This document shows, piece by piece, positions 1 through 14,743 of a stretch of DNA of 64,000 nt. Each line of letters opens with the position of its first letter. The first letter of the stretch is position 1. Source of the stretch: Trichoplax adhaerens (Eukaryota; Animalia; Placozoa); NCBI RefSeq assembly GCF_000150275.1, contig NW_002060957.1, forward strand, positions 1,290,445-1,354,444. Direction: 5' to 3'. The translations under genes were made by a program, and so were the position numbers. The notes beneath the pieces are model-generated. The model ran no database searches. It had not been told where the DNA came from and worked only from the letters and a program-made list of their open reading frames with translations.

Positions 1-1584
1 TAATTCAGTGAATGATTCCAAAGTGTATCGTACTAACTATTGCAGAAGAGTATATAAACGCAATATATCGTGTAATAACGTTAATTCTTAAAGTTAGTAT
101 TTAACGTATAATACGAGGCGTCTAGTCTTTGCGTAGTCTGCTAGTAAAGCAAAAGTGTTCCTGATAGTGCAGATATCGTTCCTTGATATGTGGCTCAAGG
201 AATTGGCATATTGATCGTACTTTACGTTATCTGGTTACGAAGCTGTTTGTGATAATGGTATACTTTTATAACCGAGAGTTTATCCTCGATCTTTATTATA
301 CGGTAGCTTTCAAATAGTGATCACAAATCAGCTTTAATCAGTCGAAATTTTTCTAAATTTTTTTTTGTAATTTGGAACCACCATCGTTAATCACATGTTG
401 CCATATTTCCTTTGAAAGGAAAGATCGGTAAGAATATTGCATTCGATTTCATTTCAAGTTGAAATGATTGAAACAGAGTTAATTTACTAACAGTTAAAGC
501 GCTAGTATAGCAATAGTACAACATCTTGGGGCGATAAAGAACACCGATTTGAAATCTGTTATTCTTATTTAGAGCAGCCATTGTGCAACCATTGACTAAA
601 GAAAGGTTTATGTTGATACAAATAATAAATTAGCGGGTCTCATTCAAATACTTCTTCATTAATTAGGTAGTTTTTCTTTAAGATTTCGCTACAGATGCGT
701 AATCTCTTTTGTTTCTCTGTTGTCCAAATTAGAATAGTGCGAATCTCCATTAGTAATCATTGCGGGCATTTCTTCAGTTTAATAATAAGTGCACTGTCTA
801 TTCTAATATTTTTTTGATATCATTTTACAAAGCACAGTCAAAAGTCTAGACAACTGGCCGTGTGAGATTTTATTAATTTCCTATTTTGTACACTGACAGC
901 AGGCATTATGTAAGATAATAAAATTATCCATGTGCCTTGTATTGAATGAGATCTTGCAATGTGCTAGGGTAGTATAAAGGAACAAACACTGCATATAAAT
1001 TTTATAATTAAGTACGGTATTATGCGATAAAGAATGATCAGAAAATGAACATTCATGTTATTGACTTTTAGAAATTTGCTTAATGATAATACTCCATAAT
1101 TTACAATGCAACAGAGAACCAATACTCTTTCTAGTTATAATAATTCTTATTTGGCCCAATATCTTCTGATTCCATTTTTATTTATACTTTATTATATTGT
1201 CACACTTTATAGAGAAGGAAATTTTAGAATAGCTTCCATTCACAATTGTTATATGATGAGATGCGGTTTTCACACGTAGGATTCGATGTTGAAACTCCTA
1301 GTTGATTATAGTAACAATGGCTTACTTACGATGCCCATTTGATAATTTTTATGCTAAGTAAGGCATTAAATACTAACAAATGTAATGCTCTCAACACTAT
1401 TTGTAATCTTTAGCCATTTTTAATGTAATCAGTAAGGGAATCCTCTTCATCTTATCGTCTTGCATAACTATTATAATTTATATAAAATGTAGCTGTAATC
1501 TGCTTATGACTATCGAATCAATTTTATATGAATGATACTTTTCTAAATTCATGTTATTCTACCTTATTAGTATAAACAGATCAG

Positions 1585-4500
1585 ATGCCGAATCTATTTA
1601 AGTGGATGACTAGGTCAGCAACTCGCAGTAAAAGCCAGCAGCATTCCTTCGTGGAACAAATTGCTGAAAAATTTAATGGAGTTCGTAAGTATTGCGTGCT
1701 TATCTCTAGTAAAAGTTAGTTCTATTCTGTATTGATCTAAAAGATGATGTCTTATTATGTAAATGTTATGATAAGTAGTGTAAGATTATTTTATGGAAAA
1801 ATGAATCTTTCCTTTATAAATATTGTAATCAATTCATACTTTTCGAAAATATTTTGTCGGGATGGTTTGTATTTCGTAAATTAATTTTATCCGTGTATGT
1901 GTGTAATGTATTTAATAGTTCATTGGCACTATTAATCTTTGTGTAATATTGATTAGTGCAACTTACCCTTTACTGCATGCAATGAAGTGTTATATGGACT
2001 AGGCTACGCTAGTTTTATATTACATTATTTTGTGTAGACTCATACCAATATCACAAATCTCACTCTAAAGTATTCTAAATTAAACTAGCAATTAATCATA
2101 TGTGATAAGATAAATTGTACCCTAGATTCCTAAAATTACTAAATCAATAATATTAAAATCGCAGTTTTGGGTATAAATTATATCTTTCTACGGCATGCAG
2201 AACATAACTTAAAAAATCCACTACGACAGATCTGTAAATTAAATTAGAACCTGCATTGAAACGTTTCGGGTACATAAAGTATTCGATAATAAAGCAACAT
2301 AACTGCTGATTTATTTTATGATTAAAAATTCGCTACCAGATTTATCATAATTGAAGCATGAATACTATACTAATATATCGCCTAAATTGCAATCTTATAT
2401 AATTTTTAACAAAAAAATATTCCTGGCAGATATCGTTCGATTCTGACCCTAGTACAGTAGTCAAATTCACAATATCCTTAACCTTCATAACAGATTTATG
2501 TTATTTTGCATTATTTGACGTATAAAGTAAGAATATTCAATTTTGCAAGTTTTACAACGCAGGAGTTTTCATTGCATAATATGATCGTAATTGGAGCTCT
2601 ATTAACATTGCAATTGTGTTGGCATTGCAGACAGTAACTTCGTATTGGGAAGTACTAAAGAAAATAATCCAATTGTCTACTGTACGGATGGATTCTGTGA
2701 ATTAACTCAATATAATCCGCAAGAAATCATTCGACGAAATGGAAATTGCAATTTTCTGTATGGGGTTAAAACTCCACAGGATCATATTGACGCAATCCGG
2801 ACAGCACTGGACGAACAGACTGAATTTCAAGTTAAAACTATCTTTTATAAAAAGGACGGTATGTTTCTATTTCTTTATGGCAGGGTGGTAATGATATCAT
2901 AAGCATGGAAATTCAACTCTGCATTAATGATTTGATAAGTGTAAACAACTTTCATTCTAGGATCGCCATTCGACTGTTTATTCGATATTTTACCTATTAA
3001 GAACGATGATGATAAAGTAGTCATGTTTGTTGCCTCTCATAAAGATTTATTAAATCAATCATTTGATGAATCAGGTAGGAAAGAGTATATCTATATGCTA
3101 AATGCATTTAAGATAATTAGAATTAGATTGTGCCAAATAAATAGGAACATTTCTCAGATTAATAGCGTGATTTTATTTTACAGTAAATGGCACTCTGTAG
3201 CATTTTAAAGCATTTTATAATAAAGCGCATAAAATATTCCGGTTAATTACGATATCTTATTATTTTCCTATAAAATACTAGATGGAGAGCTAAATAAGAA
3301 TAATAGAGAATCAAAGCGTACCGTTAGTACCCTACGTCGAAGAAACAGTCGGGCTGTCCTTTATCACCTTTCTGAACAACTTTCATTTAATGGACAGACT
3401 AAAACGGAAACGGATAAAATAACTGAAGTAAGGCTTAATGTTTGATGATTATCTTCACTTTTAAGTTGGATAACCCATATGCAACAATGCTATATTTTTA
3501 ATAATATCTGATAATGTAAAATAGAAGATTAAGAAATAAAAATGAATGGTGAATCTTACACATTCCCAACAATTCGGAGATGGCAAATTTTAAGTATTTT
3601 CTTTGTTATCTTTCATTAGAGACTAGTTTTAACCGCGAAGAATGCTAATGATGTAAAAGTTAAGCACGTTCAAAGGCCTATTTTCCTAATACTACATTAT
3701 AGTCGATTAAAATTAGCTTGGGACTGGAGTATCATCGCCTTGACATTTTTTATTGCAATTATGGTTCCGCTTTTCGTCGCATTTAAAATCTATAGTTTAC
3801 CGGTAGTCATCCTACCTCAAATATGCTTCATTATAGATATTCTACTTAATTTTCGAACTACTTATATCGATAGTCATGGCCATATTGTATATCAAAGTAA
3901 AAGAATAGCCGCTAATTATATGAAAACTTGGCTCATTATCGATCTTACGGCCTCTATCCCGTTAGAACTTATTATCGACTACGAAAATGCATCGCTATCT
4001 CTTCCGGTGAGTGGCTGTATAGAGCAAATTGAGATAATTCATTAAAGATTTTATTACTGTTAATTACCAAGCTTAGCCTGCACAAGTTCGACTCATAGTC
4101 TAGTAAAGGTCTAAAATGGCATTCAAATGTCAGTTATGCCATATCTTCCCAATCACATTAATAAAATAGTATAGTCTATAGGCCTTTATATAGTATTTAA
4201 ATCATTCACTGCGCTACATACGGTATTAGATTTGTCTCGATTTTGCTTTTTCAAATTGTATATTTTTTTGTCTAATTTTGAATCATTGTCTTGACAGATT
4301 CGATGCATAGCCTTATTGAAATTGCTTCGACTCCTCCATCTAATTCACTTTATGGCCTATTGCGATCGTAAATTCGAATATAACGCTGCAGTTTTAGCCT
4401 TGCTATTACTATCGTTTGCAACATTAGCTCATTGGCTTGCATGTATCTGGTATATTATTGGAAATCAAGAGCTTATGAATAATCAGCGCCTTGGTTGGTT

Positions 4501-7500
4501 ATACGAGCTATCGTTATCGCTCAATGAACCGTATTATAACAGTACATCGGGTGGACCATCGCTGCAGGATAAATATGTTACCGCATTATATTTTACTTTA
4601 AGCAGTCTTACTACGGTGGGATTTGGCAATGTTTCTGGTAATACCACAGCGGAGAAAGTGTTTGCCGTCATAACTATGATTATTGGATGTAAGCTATTAG
4701 ATTATCCCGTAGCAAATGTTCATCTTAGATGTTATGCTGATATTTTCGATATCAATTACGCTAATTTTTTCTTTCTTATTCATATAGCTTTGATGTATGC
4801 AGTAATATTTGGTAATGTAACTGCAATTATTCAGCGAATCTATTCAGCTAGATCGAAATTTCGATCGCGAATGTATGATATCCGGCAGTTTTGTCATGCT
4901 TATCATTTGCCAAAGCAGTTAAAATATCGCTTAGAGGACTTTACTTACACCGATTGGTCCGTCACTAATGGCATTAACAAAGAAGAGGTAAAAATCGATT
5001 CGGCTTTTTATATACTTAGTTTTGAATTATGTGCTCTAAAATCGCTACATTCTGAAATACAGTATTTAATTTTGTTTATTTTTGTTTTTGGGTTGCTATC
5101 AGATAGATAGAATGATTAAGTAATTTTTTATTTTTGTATATCAATTTTTAAACGCACCAAAATTGAATTATCTGCCAAGTTTTGCAGACGTAGAATTAAT
5201 TTGATCCCATGTTCTATCAATTAGGTTTTAAAAACATTACCTGTTGAGCTGCAAACTGATATCTGCCAGTACTTACATCGAGAATTTCTTGGCTTGTCGC
5301 TTTTCCAATCAGTCAGCAATGGCTGTATGAGAAATCTTTCCAGCCGAATTCAAACAAGTTACTGTGCTCCAAGTGAGATTGTCATCTATGAAGGAGAGTT
5401 GTATCATCCTCTATATTTTGTCGCTAGTGGAACACTGCAGGTCTTTCGAAATGATGTTGTCGTAGCGATATTAGGTACGTCAAATTATTCATGAATTGTG
5501 CCGACTTAAGCCTTTCGGTGAATCAAATTACCGTTTCACCTATCGTTGTCAATTAGCTATGGAATGTAAAAATTAACGATTCAGCTAAAAATATTGCTGT
5601 AGTACGTTAATTAAAGAGTGAAAGAGTATGATTGCTCTGCATTAATTTCTGCCATCTGTGTTCAGATATCGCTCCTTTAACTGTATATGGTTGTATACCT
5701 CAGGCTACAGTAATATTGACGTTGTATGAAATATGAGTTTTGATATACCGGCGTTATCAATAATAACATATTCACGGAAATTAATATTACCGTATTATAT
5801 TTACAGCACGAATTCAGTCTTCAAATTTGATGCCAGTAGATGTAAGATTTTCACCTAGATGTACTGAGTGCATATTTGCAACATGTTTTACGAAATGAAT
5901 CGGCTAGATTATGCTTTCCATCATATAGTGGTCATTCGATCGAAATCGGCCATTTATACATTTAAATTAATGTTCATCAAGGCCGCATCGTAGATTGTAT
6001 CTGAATTGTATAAGTTTTCGCCTTATTCTATTTCTTATTTGATTAATTAGGTCACGGTGATTTAATTGGGGAATTCCCACTTCAAAGTACAAGTTCCCAT
6101 CTTCCAAAGTCTACTGGAACCGTTAAGGCCTTGACATATTGTGATTTACGCTACATTAATCATTTCGATTTAAAACAAGTTACTGAATCCTATCCTGAAC
6201 TTGGACAAGTGCTACAAAATGAGTGGAATTTGGCATATAATTTGGGAGAAGATGATGTACCGGTGAGCAAATATAAATAAATATGAATACCGAAATTGAA
6301 TTACTAGCCTTGAAGATGCTGATCAGTTTGTGCTACCAAGTAATAGTATTTCAAGCTATAGCATGGAGTTGAGCTACAATGGATGATGTTCGTAGTTAAG
6401 ATTGCAAGATGCACAGTTATCTATTCATGATAGATGTACATAATCCTTAGTAGAAGGATTAATTTATGTCATAAGTTAGTACGAACCGAAAGTTCTCGTC
6501 ACATTATTTTTCAAATATTTTGCCACTAGCATCTCAAAATCTCAAGCAAATAGACTATATATATCTTTTCTTATTCGATAAACTTCGTAACATTAATACT
6601 ATCTTAGAGAGAGACAATATGCGAGTTATACAAGTACTATAATTCTATCCTCAAAAATTTTTGTAAGATTTTCTCTATCCTTACCTAGACATTATAAATA
6701 GCTATAATGAAATTTCATCCGATATTTGCGTCAATTTTAAAGTCTTAACCCAAATATATACGTATTCTATGATGTTAACATGTTTGTAATTAGTTTCAAA
6801 CGTTCATATATTATATTTTTTCCAATAAATGCTTTATACTAATAACTATCTTTGCGCAAATAGTTGACCATACCTAAGCAATATAACAATAATGATCCAG
6901 ATGATGGTCGCCGAATGCCTTCTACGCCTAGATCTGCAAGTTTTAAAAGAATGTCATGGAGAAAGAAAAAACAGTGGAGAAGTGTAGGTAGCATTGGGGA
7001 AGATTCCATGGTACAGCCAGCAGAGAAACATGATGATGGCTCTAGCGATGAAGGTAAGACATTGAAGTATGCCTATTTTTTCCAGAATGCAAAGACCTAC
7101 GTATGTATCTGCATGGATAGGAAAGCAGTAGAAGCTACGATAAACACAATTTATTTTACGGCTTGCATGTAGAATGAAATATTCTATTATCGTACGCTTA
7201 TACCAATTGCTCTGCTTGGATGCCTATATTATCCATGCTATTTAATTTAATATTTTTAAATTAATAGAAGTGAATAAAAATAATTTAATTAGTCGAAAGC
7301 TATACCGTAGTAAAGTAGCACTAACATAATCGTATATATAAGATTGAATATCAATTGGCGGTAATAATTTATTATGGTACTTAAGGAGCATTTATAAAAT
7401 TAATTACACTTTTATAACTAGTTTCCTATTTACTCCGATCCTATCACCAGTTACGAGGTTACTGTATCGTGATAGAAAGTTTAAATTCGATTGCATTTCT

Positions 7501-8340
7501 TAAATGATTTTATTCAAATGCTAACGCCATAGATACGAATTTTGATTGCATGTAGTGTTTGAGAAGATATTAAATATTAAATTTTACTATCTAGATAATC
7601 ACAACGAGAAAAATGCATCTGCTTCCATAAAAATTCGATCCAATCCTTTTGAACGCTTAAGCGCTCGTAGGAAGGACATTATCAAAGGTGGTCTTCGCTT
7701 TAATCGAAGTAAAGCTGCTAGCAAGCCCAAGTCTGTAACTAGTTCGCCTTTACTAGCTGGCAAAATGAAGAGAAGCGCCAGTTCGGTTGGTATCTCCAGT
7801 ACCGATGATACCATATTATCAAGAGGAAGAGCTCGAAGACCTAGTGATCCGTATTTAATGCATCATTTGCATGAAGGAAATAATGGGAATAAATGTGCTA
7901 TTAGTAAGTTTTCAATCTTAGCTGAATCAGATAATAACTTGCTCAGTGTCGAGCAACGATTTGAAGATGCTATGCAATCATTAAAAGCACGCTCACACGG
8001 TGGATCGGGTGAGGAGCTAGAAAATAACGAGGTCGCCCTTTCATTCTCAGTTGGTCTATCCAATGGAGCAATAAACGGCCATGATAGTACTAATAATAGT
8101 ATGGATAAGGAATGTAGGCTCAAAAAAACTACTAGTCAAGCAAGCTTGTCGGCCAAAGAAAAGCAAGAAATTCAAGGTGAAAATATGGAAACGATACAAG
8201 AACAACTTCTTGCTACTTGGGATACAGTTATTAAAATGAATGAAAAAATAAGTCTCATGTCGGATGAAATAATTTTAGTAGCGAAAGATATAAAGGATTT
8301 AAAGGACATAGTTTCTGCTGAGAAGCAGACCATACTATAG
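1585..8340 (+). CDS. EAG-superfamily (Elk/Kv12, KCNH3/4/8-like) voltage-gated K+ channel. Exons approx. 1585-1684, 2631-2858, 2961-3074, 3282-3427, 3620-4006, 4298-4688, 4788-4987, 5225-5474, 6051-6262, 6864-7053, 7595-8340
   Basis: PAS-cap/PAS (HSNFVLG..PIVYCTDGFCELT), Elk signature RRRNSRAVLYHLS, S2 DILLNFRTTY, pore LYFTLSSLTTVGFGNVS, C-linker/CNBHD with LAYNL, predicted C-terminal coiled coil. All junctions are GT-AG with consistent phase. Confidence 0.95.
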
Positions 8341-9268
8341 AATGATGTATAGTCCAACCTTGGATATTTTTCTTCACTTTATCGATACTTGTAAATATAA
8401 ACATAATAATGTTGGATTGATTTCAATTAACTGTGCATGCAACGCTTTGAATATATTCCTAAGCAATCAGCTAATTGAGGTGGTACAGCGAATACCATTT
8501 GATTCTATATAAGATGATCGATAGCAATACGTACATGCCATATTTCTGATATGCACTAACTTTAATGATTTTTATTTAAGTAGACCATGTTTGTTTGCCA
8601 CATTTAGTTAATTTATAATCTTCATACTGACATTTCGATTTTTGATAATTTATCGGTCCTATTTTTCCAAACCTTAGTAAAATTCAACTTGTTCTGCACT
8701 ACTGTATATATAAAGTAAACTAATTATTAATGATTGATTAACTTGGGATTGTAGGCAAGGGTATAATACACCCTCGATATATATTATGTAAAGGGTGGAC
8801 AAACTTGCGACTTTCCTGAAAATGAATTAGAGATGATTAATAAAACTCTTTGTCGTCTATCACTGCTTGTTATACGTCATTTGCGAAAGCATAATATACT
8901 TGCTTAGTGCACAGAAAGTAGCTTTGAGTAATAGCGTTACTGATTCAAGTCAAACAATAGAAGTCGACTCTCTACAGAAGATACCTGGTAATAGTCAACA
9001 TGTTCTTCTTTTAATCTATTTAGAAATGCATAATGAATGCATATGCAGCGTAAGCTATTGGAGAATGCAGGATCCTTTATTGGTCAGCATAGTAAAAATT
9101 TTTTGACAAATAACGAAACGACCTTCCTGTCATCTTATTATATACATATATATATATATAGAACAGCTTCCCTTCTTAATCATTTAACTATCTCTGTGAT
9201 CTTCCCATTGCAAGATGTAAATGTCCAAGAGTGATATCTAGCCTATGTACTTCAGTTCAGTAAAAATT

Positions 9269-12200
9269 TCAATCGTTTAATTCCAAATTTTCTAGATCCT
9301 CATCTATGTCATCCATAAATAAATCTTCTTCTATTAATAAGCTTCCACTATTAGCAGTGGCGTTATCGCTACTGCCAGCGACGGCAGCATTTCCATCATC
9401 TGTAACGTTGGAGTAACCTGCAGCCTCTCCTAATTTGTTATCATCGCCATCATCAGCAGCGTTTCCTTCCTTACTTTTACTAGCACCTGTAACAGAGGGT
9501 TTATTACATTACGACACTGTATTTTTCATAGTTTCAGAGACATCCACGCATGGCAACTCAAAACTGGTTAATCTAGTAAGGATATCATAATGGATTACCC
9601 TTTGATGTCGTCTTCTTCGACGTTGGCTCATCATCTGTAGCTGCGGCAAGTAATTCTTCAAAGGTTAAATCAATGTATTTTACGTTACTTGTCTCATCTG
9701 TTTCTGCCTTTCGCTCGAAAACTGCCTCTTCTTCGTCATCGTCGGCTTCTTCAACAAGGCTAGGTTGAAATTGAAAAACTTCTCTGCCACTTATCTACAG
9801 CGCACCATTAGAGCAAATACAGTATTATAAATTGAGTAAAATAGTACTAACATCTGACATAATTTTTGTTCATGCAACATTTTTTTGATGTTATAAAGGC
9901 GATATAACAAGGTAACAGTCACTAACTCCAATGCTTCGTCCGGCTTTTAGTTCGGCTTTTTTCTTCTTCGTATCTGCTTCTTCTTTCTTTCGTTTCGCTT
10001 CCAACTAGTATAAGAGATAAAGTGAAGCATTAAATAATATCCATTATACACATCGAAATACTAAGTTGTCGATATTATGTTATGATAAGATCAATTACCC
10101 TATTCTTCTTCCAAACTATGAAAGTTTCATACGTAACTTTGGTTAGCTCTGAACCTAGATTCGCCCTCTAAACAGTGTAGTTTAATTGAACTTTATTGTG
10201 AGACAGTCATTTTCAACATTGTTGAATTTCACTTTAATTTCACATCAATCATTAATTAGAACGAACCTTTGTTTCTATAAGTTCTTCTAGTGATGTGGTT
10301 TCATCTACTTCATCCTTCTTTGAATTTTTTTTAAGCACAAATCCAGGTGGAAGTGCATGTCGATACATACATTTGTTTCCGCCATTAGGGCATGCCCAAA
10401 ACCAACCATACAGACCTTTTTCAATAGCTTCTAGAAAGTACTTGCAAACCTAACATGTGTATAGTTACCAATTCAATAAGGTAAAAGTCCAACACAGAAT
10501 TGGGTAATCACTGCGATACATTAGTAGAGTAACAACGTACGATTTCAGTTTTAGGTTTGGCTTTTTCACTACCGTGCTTCTTGTTTACAACCTCCTCTAA
10601 CTTTTCTTGATCCCATTTGTCCATTGTGTCTATGTGAATCAATATTAAATTTGATAAGGCAATTTTTAAATTGACCATTAGTGATATATTGAAATTATTT
10701 GACGCTAAATGATTTTAGAAAATCAGTTTTAATAACCATCTTTTAAGTCGTCTTCATCTCTTGAGTCAATATATACACTCCTTTTCTCAGTTTTTCGATC
10801 CAAGGACATATCATGAGAAAATTTGCATTTATCACCTTTACTACAATTTCCTTGCTTGTAAAAGGCACACAAAAGCGACTTTGGGTCTGCTCCTAAGTAT
10901 TCAAATAGATGGTGATATGATAAGACACCTGATTCATGCTCATCATCCGTCTTGTTGTTCAACCACAACAGGGCAAAAATTGCTAACGCTGTTGCCATAG
11001 CTAAAAGATACCTGCAGAAGCTTTTTGACTGACAGGTCTAAATAACTTCTCCATTTCATCTCTTTCTTTTTGTGCTTCGCTTTTCTTTTTCTAATATGGA
11101 AACAACAGTTGTTAGCCTATTGCTTTACAGGTATTTTTGAGTTCAACTTTGTAAACTACCTAATACAGCTATTGTATATTATTTCTACAATACTCGCATG
11201 ACAAGCAGTGACAGAAATTGAATAAAAAGGAGTTGTAAAGAGATTTGGTAATCATGGCAAGTTCTTTCGATCAGAAAAGCCCAAGTCTAGACTATTGATA
11301 CAATCACTTTGCCATGTTATACTTACTTTATCCTCAAACTTTTGCTGTTCAGCCTGTTCAAGTCATAAAGCACAATATTATATTAGCATTCATCAATCCG
11401 TCAATTTAACTGCAGTAATCTAAACATGTCAATAGGTCATTGAACTGTCTGACCTTGTTTGGACCTTGTTGTCCATATTTAACCTATAGATAAGTATACA
11501 TCAATGGAAGACGCATGTTAATCGAACTTTTGTATGAAAACACATGCAGTATAGTCATGAAGACTCTTCAATTATTATTAGTTTTCAACTGCTCGTATAA
11601 AAGTTGGTAGTTTGGTAGTCAACCATTGGATGGATTGAAATCAGTCGCAATGACTTTCCGATTATAATGTCCTGTATCATCTATAACGTCCTATTGATGG
11701 TGGTGTACATTAACTTACCTGATTGGATAAGTGCTTAACGTACTCTTGCTGCTTTTTACCTTTTTTATTTTTTAAACCGAACGTTTTGTCCTAGAAGCAT
11801 ATTATACCGTTCATTAGTACATTGTTAACGTTAAATTACGTGTTACTCGATCTATTCCTACGAATGTTTTTAATGCAGATAATGATCGAATCGATTCTAG
11901 TGTAGACATTTCCATCATTTCTCAACCGAAATTCTCTACCTATGCCTACAGTTGGATCGAGCTACCTATTGCTCATGGTTAAGATAGTACTTTACGTGCA
12001 TCTACTCGTATTGAGTTTGATCGATGCCATACTCATGTCCGCTATTAGTAGACTTGCAACCATTTGGTAGATGATTTACATAACTAGTCAAGACTGAAGA
12101 GCGATGACGAGTAACTTATTGAATTTAAAGTTGTACACATGGTAGACTAATCGATCGTCAAGCTCGAATTGGAATTATCATGGATGGTCAAGCGATCCAT

Positions 12201-12547
12201 CGATTCTGTAGATGCTACAACACTTCATTGTACAATCCATCAAGACGAGATTGTCGACCGAATTAGTATACCGTAAGCATGATGTTTGCCATTGCTGGTA
12301 GGAGACTCGTCTACGTAGTACGCATCATGCGCCCACTTTAACGTAATGTAGTCGTATCTTGTCATCCTATCAAAGTGTCCATTATTGATAAGATATTAAG
12401 ACGGCTTATCATTTGCTATCGATACTATCATGATAGAATCGATGGCAATCAAGTTATTGGAGTGAAAGGAGAGACCTCGACAATTTTCTCTTTCTTCTTT
12501 TGCACGGTTTTCTGACTTGGCGCCGATGCCTTTTTCTTTGGAGGCAT
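9269..12547 (-). CDS. ZC3H15: Zinc finger CCCH domain-containing protein 15 (DFRP1/Tma46 homologue), multi-exon
   Basis: Exon 1 (12547-12476) [24 protein letters not shown]; next exon [15 protein letters not shown]; fingers [19 protein letters not shown] and [23 protein letters not shown]; acidic C-terminus with stop at 9269-9271. Confidence 0.95.
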
Positions 12548-14743
12548 AATGGATCAAGTTGTGTTGATGATCTTGGCAAAATGAAAGTTGTCTATGGCGA
12601 TAGCCTTCAATTCCTACCAGATAATGCTCTATAATGGGAAAGAAGCCAAGCTGAATAGCCACTTTGCACTCTTCTTCGCTGGATATTGGGTTGCCAACGA
12701 CGATGATGGTGGACAAGTCCTACCTAAAAGAGCCAAATCGGGCATGGGTTGGATCCGATCGGCTTCTACAATGTACAGTACTGCGAGCGGCCACAGTCTT
12801 TATTGAGACAAGTCGATCGCATGTTTACAACTGTTGTAACAGACCATCGTCTGAACAGTCACAGTATGGACATGACCGCGGACTTTTCCTTCTGGCTACA
12901 AAGTGTACTGGACTGTCATAGACTATTCCCTTTTTCTATGGTACTGTAGAGCCTGAGGCACAAAGTGATGTCACCCCTCGTCCTGCTGTCCTTCCGATTT
13001 ATACTGTGATGCTTTCCGAAAAAGGGAAAAAAATCTTACTAAAACTAACGTAAAACTACTATCCTTTATAGCAATGTGGAGCTGGAGAGCTAAACTATTT
13101 ATACAAGTTGATAGAATTACGCTACTCGTAATGCTGATTATAAAATATCCATTTCCAAGACAAAATCGCCTACAGTACAAAGTGAAATTGTTTGCCCAAA
13201 CTGGTACTGTACACTACTCGATTGCGTTTGGCGATGGACGGAAGGACGCCAGGAAGACGGGTGCCATCATCACCCTACTGTAATGAACAAACTACTGTAT
13301 ACTAGTGTGTATAGTATGACTGGGCGAGATGCCGTAGTCACCATCCTTAGCAAGTGCCACAGACTCGGATGGACGGATATTCTCGGAGCAAGATCCGATA
13401 GAGAAGGTGGTAGTGAATGACATCAGACGTATCTTGTGGGTCTGTTTTCTTCATCACTACTACTCATTTCGAAAGATGAATATCATTTTAGAACTGCATT
13501 CAACACAATAGGATTCAATAGTGACCAATCTAGTCTCTTCCTACCGACGCCATGACCAAAAGAAGTCATCAACTGTGAATGAGTAAAAAAGCTGTGGCCA
13601 AAATTGTCGGCCATTTTTGGTACAGTACACAGTATTACTATCTACTGTACACGCTTGGCCTATATTGCAGTCGATGTGGCTGTCGTTGCTGCAGTCTGTA
13701 AGCAATCCATGGAAGGGATGATTGAGGAGTCTTCTACCCTGATTGTACAGTACATACCCTACAGTACCAACACTGTGCACTGTAGTGCTTGAGGACGGTC
13801 AGTTTCGCGGCAAAAATGCCCACCATCAAAGCCTCTATGAATCCAAGTGTTTCCCTCTATCACTGATATTACCCCTGGCTGATGATTGCGTAGTCTACCT
13901 AACATTTCCACTCATCACGTTTTACATGGGTCGCACACGTGCCATTAGACCGAACCGGACCGGACCGGACCAAACCGCTCCACAAGCCAGCAGACTATAG
14001 TACTGACAGCGAAACGTCACACTAGACCTCAACTCAGTACTGCTGACACTGCAATAGGAATACTGCTAGTAGAGCAGAGCTTGTCATTGCTGCGGCCAGT
14101 CAAACTAAATAGGAATTGGTTGGCGGACAAGCTGACTGAAATTTATTCACATTCTGCGCAAAGTTGGTGGGTAAGTTGAATAAGAAAGTAGAATAACGTG
14201 ATGTAGGATGTGGAGATCCTTTAGTATTGGCAGGAAAAGACTCAGGATCTTTCTCCTTCTTCTTGATAGAACAATTGGCATGAATTTTCTACGGGTGAAA
14301 ATTCATGACATGATTGAAATTCTTTCAATTCACTGCAAAATTCATCTCAGGATGAAAGTTTCTATCAGTGCTTCATGGCTAGACCATGCAATGGAGTCAA
14401 TACTGTAGACTCTTGTTGAGCCATCCTTGATGATGACTCAACAAGAATGGTAGTCAATCCATTAACAGCGAGATTGCTTGTATCGTCGTCATTGACTGTA
14501 GCCATTTGTAGCCATATTAAAATTGCTTCCACCACTGGGTTACTGCGCCATGTGCGAGTCACTCCAGTCTACGTACGTCGTACGGCTCAACGACTCCACT
14601 CGATCCAAACGACTGTTGCTAGGATCGCTTTCCTTGCAGTCATTACGGTGGATAGGTTGAATAATAGCGTAGATGGAAGGCTTTAATACGGTCTAAGCTT
14701 GTTCTTTCAACTCCAATTTCTTCTATTATCCTTCACAGAAAGC

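Noticed and set aside
7599-8357. Three short minus-strand ORFs
   Set aside because: Antisense to the last KCNH exon, with no recognisable features.
12588-14686. Cluster of short ORFs between ZC3H15 and PA2G4
   Set aside because: Overlapping 60-85 aa frames on both strands with no motifs, as expected by chance in a more GC-rich promoter region.
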